From positions 1-54,515 of the forward strand of contig DATKZC010000007.1 in NCBI GenBank assembly GCA_035528175.1: 54,515 nucleotides of DNA, written 5' to 3'. Numbering within the stretch: the stretch's first letter is position 1; every line of letters begins with the position of its first letter. The notes below the pieces were generated by a model that saw only the letters and a program-made list of their open reading frames with translations, had not been told where the DNA came from and searched no databases. The position numbers and the translations under genes were made by a program. Source of the DNA: Minisyncoccota bacterium (lineage in GTDB: Bacteria > Patescibacteriota > Minisyncoccia > RBG-13-40-8-A). Positions 32,495-38,700 of the stretch are shown here, in pieces.

Positions 32495-33100
32495 TTAGTG
32501 AGGAACCTGATTAAGTTCAACAGTGAAACTCAAATCAGCAATATCTCCCTGAACATCATTACCGGTAGAAGTGGGCAATTCCCAATGAACGCGCAAAATA
32601 ACACTAGCCCCGCTAGCCAAAAAGTAATTTGTGTTATAGGCTGTTGCTAGGCTATTTAAGGCAACCCAATTACTAACAAGTACATCACCACTTCCATTAT
32701 AAATGCCATTAGCATTCTTATCAAAAAATATCATTACTTGCAGATTGTCTCCCAATTCACCTGGTTCTCCTTTGTCTCCAGTTTCAGATTCTGGATTATA
32801 CCCTTCAGTGTTTGTCGCAATGATATTCAACAAATTGATATAACCGTCTACAGAACCAACATTTCTAAGAGTCAATGGTTCACCTTCAAAGTGGCCAGGA
32901 GCCATATTTGAGAAACGGAACGTACCCGTCTCGCCTTCGGTTCCGTCCTCGCTCGAATCGGTTAGGTCAAGATCTAATGTTCCTGCTGTAAATGTATTTC
33001 CAGTTGAAGTTTCTGTATCGCTAAAATATGCAATGGTTCCACCGATTACAATAGCTCCCACTACCCCCACGATTGCTAAACTTAATATAATTTTTTTCAT
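32495..33100 (-). CDS. TasA/camelysin-family (peptidase M73-like) secreted protein with a SipW-cognate signal peptide; candidate major fibre subunit
   Basis: 201 aa. The signal region is MKKIILSLAIVGVVGAIVIGGTIAYFSDTETSTGNTFTAGTLDLDL. The AYFSD(T/K)E plus GTLDL pattern is the SipW-dependent signal class. Confidence 0.75.
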   Translation of the reverse strand: MKKIILSLAIVGVVGAIVIGGTIAYFSDTETSTGNTFTAGTLDLDLTDSSEDGTEGETGTFRFSNMAPGHFEGEPLTLRNVGSVDGYINLLNIIATNTEGYNPESETGDKGEPGELGDNLQVMIFFDKNANGIYNGSGDVLVSNWVALNSLATAYNTNYFLASGASVILRVHWELPTSTGNDVQGDIADLSFTVELNQVPH

Positions 33101-33114
33101 ATTTTTTATTTTTA

Positions 33115-33164
33115 CCCTGTTAAATTTCGCCTACGGCGAACCCGCTTCGCGGGATTTAACGGGG
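33115..33164 (-). repeat. Perfectly nested three-way GC-rich structure 14 nt upstream of the tasA-like start codon
   Basis: Outer 11-bp stem CCCTGTTAAAT/ATTTAACGGGG encloses the hairpins TTCGCC-tac-GGCGAA and CCCGC-ttc-GCGGG, with no unpaired junction bases. Confidence 0.6.
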
Positions 33165-33297
33165 TGAACTTAATTTATTATTTTATTGTTTTCCTCTTAT
33201 CCCGACCTTTGGAATTGTTTATAAGCGAAACAAAAAACCCTTTCTTTGACCCCTCAAAAGAGGGCTTTGGAAAAGGTCCCTAACTCGCTCTGATAAG

Positions 33298-33312
33298 TTA
33301 GACATTGTCTAA
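33298..33312. promoter_or_regulatory. 15-bp perfect palindrome TTAGACA-T-TGTCTAA in the fibre-operon leader (candidate operator)
   Basis: The 7-1-7 inverted repeat is too tight to be an RNA hairpin, and its geometry is typical of a dimeric DNA-binding site. Confidence 0.4.
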
Positions 33313-33393
33313 TTATCATTTATTTAAAAACTACCAAATCAAACTCCCTCCTAATGGATAAAGTCCTCCTTGGTAGCTTTGTCTTACAATCTT

Positions 33394-33421
33394 AGTTTAG
33401 CGCATTTAAAACCCTTGTCAA
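33394..33421 (-). promoter_or_regulatory. Putative promoter of the tasA-like operon
   Basis: Minus strand reads TTGACA-16 nt-TAAACT, directly after the upstream terminator. This implies a roughly 290-nt leader. Confidence 0.4.
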
Positions 33422-33424
33422 TAG

Positions 33425-33458
33425 ACAAAATAAAAATAAGGCGGGAACAAGCGTTCCC
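33425..33458 (-). terminator. Rho-independent terminator of the 97-aa gene
   Basis: Stem GGGAAC (33443-33448) / GTTCCC (33453-33458). On the minus strand it is followed by CCTTATTTTTATTTT. Confidence 0.65.
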
Positions 33459-33470
33459 ACCTTTCATTGA

Positions 33471-33764
33471 TCAAAATCTTTCCCAAGGATTCCTCTTCTT
33501 GCAAGATAGTAGTATGTCATAATAAATATGAACTAAAACTGCCTCAATTTGTGTTTGTTTTAATGTTTTTGACAAAGATACACCCTCCCTACATACCATA
33601 ACTTCTTTGCCGATTTTGAATTCGCTTTTTGTCCCATTAGACGTAAACTTAAGAACTAATTCTCCTTCTAAAATATTGGCAAATAAATTGAATTTCCTTA
33701 ATCCTCCTTCTTTGGAAATTACAATTCCTTTTTCCAATACTTCTAAACTCATAATCATTATCAT
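33471..33764 (-). CDS. Hypothetical protein
   Basis: 97 aa with a GGGAGG SD 8 nt upstream and its own promoter and terminator. No motif recognised. Confidence 0.5.
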   Translation of the reverse strand: MIMIMSLEVLEKGIVISKEGGLRKFNLFANILEGELVLKFTSNGTKSEFKIGKEVMVCREGVSLSKTLKQTQIEAVLVHIYYDILLSCKKRNPWERF

Positions 33765-33805
33765 TATTATGTGCCTCCCTTTTAAATGTTCAATTTGAGT
33801 TTTAT

Positions 33806-33834
33806 ATTATAGACAAAATAAAAAGAAAAGTAAA
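33806..33834 (-). promoter_or_regulatory. Putative promoter of the 97-aa gene
   Basis: Minus strand reads TTTACT-17 nt-TATAAT. It shares the upstream 16-mer TTTTTATTTTGTCTAT with the region before the tasA-operon promoter (33421-33436 versus 33811-33826). Confidence 0.5.
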
Positions 33835-33840
33835 GATTGA

Positions 33841-33912
33841 TAGCCCCAACCGGAGTTGAACCGGTGTTTTCAGAATGAGAATCTGATGTCCTAACCACTA
33901 GACGATGGGGCC
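33841..33912 (-). tRNA. tRNA-Glu (anticodon CTC)
   Basis: 72 nt: GGCCCCA-TC-GTCT-AGTGGTTA-GGAC-A-TCAGA-TTCTCAT-TCTGA-AAAC-ACCGG-TTCAACT-CCGGT-TGGGGCT-A. It forms a cloverleaf with a G1-U72 pair. No CCA is encoded. Confidence 0.9.
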
Positions 33913-33918
33913 TTAATA

Positions 33919-35163
33919 CTAAATTTTCACTATTTCTTCAATCACCTTCTCCATTTCCATTGACCGCGAACCCTTTACTAAAATTATATCATTTTCTTTC
34001 AATTCTTTTTGCACTGCCAATTTTGCTTGTTCAGAATTCGGAAACTGGAAAATTTTATTGCTGTCAAAGCCAACGCTTATTGCGCCCTCAGTAACAAACC
34101 CAGCGCGATTGCCAACAGTAAAAATCAAATCAGCAATTCCTGCTGCCTTTTTACCAATTTTTATATGCGCTTCCGACGAGTATCTGCCAATTTCCAACAT
34201 ATCTCCCAAAACAACTATTTTACGTTTCCCTTCAAAAATTCTCAAAGCATCTAAACCAGCTTCCATTGAAAGCAAAGCTGCATTATAAGAATCATCAACA
34301 ATTAGAGTATTTTTGATACCTCTTAATAGGCGCATTCTGCCTGGCATTGGTTCAATCTGTTTCAATGCTTCGGAAATTTCAACCAAGTTCACATTGAAAA
34401 TAATTCCAACTGCCGCAGCTGCCATGGCTGAGTATAAATGCTGGTAGCCCAGGACATTTATCAATTTTGCCGGAACGCTACTTCCTTTAAAATCTAATTT
34501 AAAATTCAACTCGCTGATATTTTTACCCTGGTTAATAATCTTTAATTCGTAGTTTGTTGCTTTAACATCAGCCTTTTTATCTAAACCATAAGTCATTGTT
34601 TTGACATTTATATTTCCTGGCATTCTTCTTACTCTTTCATCATCATAATTTAAAACTGCAATCCCTCCTTTATCCATCATTTTCAACAAAGTTCCTTTCT
34701 CTTCAGCAACTTTTTCCGGACTTTCAAAAAATTCAACATGCACTGGAATTTCACCGACTGCGGTTATTACGCCGACTTTATAATGCACAAAATCCAATAA
34801 ATATTTTATATCCCCTGGCTTATCAGCTCCCATTTCTAAAATCAAAAAATCGGGATAATTAACTCTGAAAATAATCATCCAGAACATCTTTATAAATTTC
34901 GGAATCCAGAGAAAAATTGACCTACCGGCAGTTTCCAGATTAAAAATTGTCAGAGGCACGCCAAACTCGTTATTATAATTCCTGTAATTGCGCCTTACTC
35001 TTTTTTCTCCAAAATGGCTTTTTAAAACAGAATAAATCGCCTCCTTTGTTGAGGTTTTTCCAACGCTGCCAGTAATAGCAATAACCACTGGCTTATATTT
35101 ATTAAGCGCAATTTTAGCCAATATTTTTAATATTTTCTGTAAAATTTTTCTCATATTATTCAC
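33919..35163 (-). CDS. murF: UDP-N-acetylmuramoyl-tripeptide--D-alanyl-D-alanine ligase
   Basis: 414 aa. It has the Mur ligase P-loop ITGSVGKTSTKE and the central and C-terminal Mur ligase domains. It sits at the end of the dcw cluster. Confidence 0.85.
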   Translation of the reverse strand: MNNMRKILQKILKILAKIALNKYKPVVIAITGSVGKTSTKEAIYSVLKSHFGEKRVRRNYRNYNNEFGVPLTIFNLETAGRSIFLWIPKFIKMFWMIIFRVNYPDFLILEMGADKPGDIKYLLDFVHYKVGVITAVGEIPVHVEFFESPEKVAEEKGTLLKMMDKGGIAVLNYDDERVRRMPGNINVKTMTYGLDKKADVKATNYELKIINQGKNISELNFKLDFKGSSVPAKLINVLGYQHLYSAMAAAAVGIIFNVNLVEISEALKQIEPMPGRMRLLRGIKNTLIVDDSYNAALLSMEAGLDALRIFEGKRKIVVLGDMLEIGRYSSEAHIKIGKKAAGIADLIFTVGNRAGFVTEGAISVGFDSNKIFQFPNSEQAKLAVQKELKENDIILVKGSRSMEMEKVIEEIVKI

Positions 35164-36835
35164 TCGGCGGAATTCCGTAATAATTCAAAATATATTTTGT
35201 TATTTCGCCAAACAATGGAGCTGCAGTACTCTCAGCGAAACGCGCGCCAATCGGCTTGTCCAATTTAACTATCATTGAAAATCTAGCTTCAAAAGCCGGA
35301 AAAAATCCAGCCACAGTATGAATTGTTTCCTCGGAATATCCTCCCTTTTCAGGAATCTGTGCTGTTCCGGTCTTGGCAGCAATTGAATATCCATCAACCC
35401 CAGCTCTCTCTGTGTGACCGTTTTCCACCACACTTACTAATATTGCAGTCAAGCGCGAAGTTGTTTCTGATGAAATTACTCTTCTTACTTCTTGCGGTTC
35501 AATTGTTTCTTCTTTGTCTTTTTTAATAATTTTATCAACCACATAGGGTTTCATTAATACTCCGTCATTGGCAATCGCGCCGAAAGCAACAACAATCTGA
35601 AGCGGAGTAATGGCAATCCCCTGGCCAAAAGAAGCAGTAGCAAATTCCAAGTCCCTGTTTGTTTTTAAGTTTGAAATATTTCCGTTGACTTCTCCATTTA
35701 AATCTATGCCCGTTTTGTTCGCAAAACCGAATTTCTCAACATATTCTTTAAAAGCTGATTTGCCTAATTTCTGTTGAGCAAACACTGCACCGGTATTTAA
35801 GGATTTTTCCAGAACCTGAGTCATGGTCTGAATCCCCTCCCCTTTCTGTAGGGCATTTTCTATAACATGCCCGCTGATTTCTACTTTTCCTTTATCATTA
35901 TAGGTAGTTTGGGGATTAACAACTCCCTTGTCAAGCGCCCCCGCCATGGTAATCGCCTTAAAAACAGACCCTGGCTCATATAAATCATGAATTGCGGAAT
36001 TGGCAAAAACGCTTATGTTTTCTACGCTACCGTATTCGTTCGGATTGAATTTCGGCCAGTTAGCCATTGCCTTAATTGCCCCAGTTTTAACATCCATCAC
36101 GATTATTGTACCGCCAGTTGAATGGAATTTATCAATATATTCTTTTAATTTTTGCTCCGCAAAGAATTGGATATTAGAATCAACGGTCAAAACCAAATCA
36201 GCGCCATCTTCTGCTTTTTTGATTATTTCTTTATTTACAGTAATTAATTGACCCTTGCTGTCTCTCTCGACTATTGCCACTCCTATTTTGCCGGAAAGAT
36301 ATTCATTATAGGACTCTTCAATTCCGTATTGACCTTCGCTCTCTTCTTCTTCATTCTGACGCACAAAACCGAGTAAATGACAGGCTAATTCATCTGAAGG
36401 AAAATATCTTTTTGGCTCGGTTTCAAAATATATCCCTTCTAAATTTAAATTTTTTATTTCTTTAATTGTATATTCGTCAACTTTACTTTTTAGCGGCTCG
36501 TATGGATCGTTATCCTTATATATTCTTTCTTTTATTTTTTCTGCATCAATTCCTAAAAGAGGAGATAACAATTCTGCGGTCTCCTCTTTCTCTAAAATAT
36601 CTTTAGGGACAGCGTATACTTTATAAAAATCTTTGTTTATCGCAACCAAATATTCATCCTGTAGAATAATTTCTCCCCTTTTAGGAAGAATTTTTTTAGT
36701 TGTCTGCTGCTGCTCGATTGCCCTAGATTCGTAAGAACTATGTTTTAAAATTTGAAGCGTAAATAGGCGAAAAGTTACAGCTGAAAAACAAAAAAAAATT
36801 ACAAAAATCAATATATAAAAACGCCAATTTTTCAT
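35156..36835 (-). CDS. ftsI: Class B penicillin-binding protein (FtsI/PBP2-type transpeptidase)
   Basis: 559 aa with an N-terminal TM helix, a PBP dimerisation domain, and SxxK (SVFK), SxN (SLN) and KTGTA motifs. Confidence 0.9.
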   Translation of the reverse strand: MKNWRFYILIFVIFFCFSAVTFRLFTLQILKHSSYESRAIEQQQTTKKILPKRGEIILQDEYLVAINKDFYKVYAVPKDILEKEETAELLSPLLGIDAEKIKERIYKDNDPYEPLKSKVDEYTIKEIKNLNLEGIYFETEPKRYFPSDELACHLLGFVRQNEEEESEGQYGIEESYNEYLSGKIGVAIVERDSKGQLITVNKEIIKKAEDGADLVLTVDSNIQFFAEQKLKEYIDKFHSTGGTIIVMDVKTGAIKAMANWPKFNPNEYGSVENISVFANSAIHDLYEPGSVFKAITMAGALDKGVVNPQTTYNDKGKVEISGHVIENALQKGEGIQTMTQVLEKSLNTGAVFAQQKLGKSAFKEYVEKFGFANKTGIDLNGEVNGNISNLKTNRDLEFATASFGQGIAITPLQIVVAFGAIANDGVLMKPYVVDKIIKKDKEETIEPQEVRRVISSETTSRLTAILVSVVENGHTERAGVDGYSIAAKTGTAQIPEKGGYSEETIHTVAGFFPAFEARFSMIVKLDKPIGARFAESTAAPLFGEITKYILNYYGIPPSE

Positions 36836-36842
36836 ACTTATT

Positions 36843-37202
36843 TTATTTCATTGCACTGACTTTAGGCAAGGATACATATTCAATCTTCTGTGCCTTGACC
36901 ATCTCCAAATCTTCGCTCATCGCCTCTAAAACATTAATTGATTTTAAATTAGAAACTTCAACTTGAAGACTTTTATTTATTGTATCCAATTCATTTGCCT
37001 GTTTTTGTAAGCTTCTTATTTTATATCCTTTTACAGCAATATTATTCGTTGCAAAAACATATAAAAAACCAGCAAGAAAAACAGTAAAAATCAAAACACT
37101 AGCCGTGCATTTTCTGGTTTTTCTAGTTTGAAAAGATTCTGTTTTGTAAACAGAGCACCGTGAATGGACAATATTTGAATGGACTAAATTTGCTACAGTC
37201 AT
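36843..37202 (-). CDS. ftsL: FtsL-like cell division protein (called by position and architecture)
   Basis: 119 aa with a single TM helix followed by a coiled coil. It lies between rsmH and ftsI. Confidence 0.6.
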   Translation of the reverse strand: MTVANLVHSNIVHSRCSVYKTESFQTRKTRKCTASVLIFTVFLAGFLYVFATNNIAVKGYKIRSLQKQANELDTINKSLQVEVSNLKSINVLEAMSEDLEMVKAQKIEYVSLPKVSAMK

Positions 37203-38071
37203 ATACTTATCGCTGCTCGCAGTTTTGCGCTGCGGCTACGAGGATTAACTTCATTTTCTGCCTTTCCGGCAGTAATTGGCTTTTTGGTTAAAATCCGCAA
37301 TATACCTTGCTTTTCTTTTTCTTTAAAGAACCTTTTGACAACTCCATCTTCTAACGAGTGAAAAGAAACCACTACGATTCTACCCTCCTTGTTTAAAATT
37401 TGAAGTGCTTGTTCTAATCCTTTTTTCAGATTTTCCAATTCATCATTAACCACAATTCTTAATGCCTGAAAGATTCTTGCTGCCACGCGGGTAATATTAC
37501 CTCTTCTTGTTTTGGAATATGGAATACTTCTTTTAATTATCTCAAATAATTGTAATGTTGTTTTGATTGGACTCAACCCTCTTTGTCGGACAATCTTCTG
37601 TACAATCTTTCTGGCAAATCGTTCTTCTCCGTATTTTTTAAAAATCTCCAATAAGCTTTCTTCCGGCCAGGTATTGATTATTTCCTGGGCAGTGACCACT
37701 TGTCCGCCGTTTAAAATCATTGTCAGGGGTTCGTCTTTTTTAAATGTAAATCCTTTCCCGCTTTCCTCTATCTGCCAACTTGACAAACCAAGGTCAAATA
37801 AGATTCCGTCTATTTTATTAAAATTATTTTCTTCGGCAATTCTTTTTAAATCTTTGAAATTCCCTCCCACCAATACAAATCCTTCTATGGCTTTGATTCT
37901 TTTCAGTGATTCGTAATCAATATCTATTCCTAAAACTTTTCCGTCGGGCTTTGTTTTTTCCAAGATTACCGAACTATGTCCAGCATCTCCAATTGTGCAA
38001 TCTATAAAATTCTGTCCTGGTTGAGGATTTAAATATTCAATTACTTCCTTTAAAAGGACTGATTTGTGCAT
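37199..38071 (-). CDS. rsmH: 16S rRNA (cytosine1402-N4)-methyltransferase
   Basis: 290 aa. HKSVLL.E....L, D.T.G.AGHS, DLG.SS.Q and the C-terminal NPRSRSAKLR are canonical RsmH/MraW motifs. Confidence 0.93.
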   Translation of the reverse strand: MHKSVLLKEVIEYLNPQPGQNFIDCTIGDAGHSSVILEKTKPDGKVLGIDIDYESLKRIKAIEGFVLVGGNFKDLKRIAEENNFNKIDGILFDLGLSSWQIEESGKGFTFKKDEPLTMILNGGQVVTAQEIINTWPEESLLEIFKKYGEERFARKIVQKIVRQRGLSPIKTTLQLFEIIKRSIPYSKTRRGNITRVAARIFQALRIVVNDELENLKKGLEQALQILNKEGRIVVVSFHSLEDGVVKRFFKEKEKQGILRILTKKPITAGKAENEVNPRSRSAKLRAAISI

Positions 38072-38077
38072 AGAATG

Positions 38078-38509
38078 TTAAACGCCCAGTTCGCCCAATC
38101 GTTCAGCAATATTATCAACTTCCTTTTCGCTTTGACTCTTAAACAGATTCCATCTGGCTTGATCCCAAATTTCCAAACGATTATAAATTCCGGCGATTAC
38201 CACATTCTTTTTTAATTGGGCGTATTTTTTTAAATAATCAGGGACAAGAACCCTACCTAAAGTATCTAAGTCAACTTCGCTTGCTCCTGCAAGCATTAAC
38301 CTACTAAAACCTCTGGGGTCTTTTTGACTAATCGGCAAATTACTTAATTTTTCTGCTAGTTTCTGCCATTCTTTTGACGGAAAAACAAAAAGACAGTTAT
38401 CCAGTCCCCTGGTAATAACTGCCTTAGCACCAAGCTCCTTCCTTAGTTTGGAAGGTATAGCTAATCTCTTTTTATCATCTATCGTGTGTACGTATTCGCC
38501 AATTAACAT
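38078..38509 (-). CDS. mraZ: Transcriptional regulator MraZ
   Basis: 143 aa. MLIGEY.H.ID.K.R..IP.K.R and duplicated SpoVT/AbrB-like halves. It is the first gene of the dcw cluster. Confidence 0.92.
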   Translation of the reverse strand: MLIGEYVHTIDDKKRLAIPSKLRKELGAKAVITRGLDNCLFVFPSKEWQKLAEKLSNLPISQKDPRGFSRLMLAGASEVDLDTLGRVLVPDYLKKYAQLKKNVVIAGIYNRLEIWDQARWNLFKSQSEKEVDNIAERLGELGV

Positions 38510-38571
38510 AACTTATCCCCCGTTTGTTTTAATTATTAACACTTTTATCCACAATCTAACACTCTATTTAA

Positions 38572-38600
38572 ATCTTATTCCACTTAATTACCATTGTCAA
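38572..38600 (-). promoter_or_regulatory. Putative dcw (mraZ) promoter
   Basis: Minus strand reads TTGACA-17 nt-TAAGAT, with a roughly 60-nt leader carrying a GGGGGA SD. Confidence 0.55.
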
Positions 38601-38602
38601 CC

Positions 38603-38632
38603 CCCCGACTACGCTCGGGGCAAGTCCCTTGC
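38603..38632. repeat. Intergenic GC-rich element copy (two hairpins) of the ...CTCGGGGCAAG family
   Basis: CCCCGA-ctacgc-TCGGGG followed by GCAAG-tcc-CTTGC. The string GACTACGCTCGGGGCAAG aligns with the alaS and dnaK in-gene copies and with GACTCCGCTCGGGATAA in ftsK. Confidence 0.6.
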
Positions 38633-38639
38633 GAAAACT

Positions 38640-38667
38640 AAAAATTAGCTTTAAAAAGCTAATTTTT
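38640..38667 (-). terminator. AT-rich hairpin terminator after the clp-like gene
   Basis: 12-13-bp perfect palindrome AAAAATTAGCTT(T)...AAGCTAATTTTT 34 nt past the stop at 38701. On the minus strand it is followed by AGTTTT. Confidence 0.5.
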
Positions 38668-38700
38668 AAGCATCCGCTAAAAAACTTATACACATTTTAT

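Noticed and set aside
33345-33375. GGATAAAGTCCTCC on the plus strand resembles the RNase P RNA CR-I box (GAGGAAAGUCC)
   Set aside because: No other RNase P conserved regions or helices occur in the flanking 400 nt. The string is the complement of the two SD-like motifs in the leader hairpin.
33101-33421. c-di-GMP (GEMM) or another known riboswitch upstream of the biofilm-fibre-like operon
   Set aside because: I could not find the conserved GEMM-I/II cores or tetraloop-receptor layout by eye. It is left as an unexplained structured leader pending an Rfam scan.
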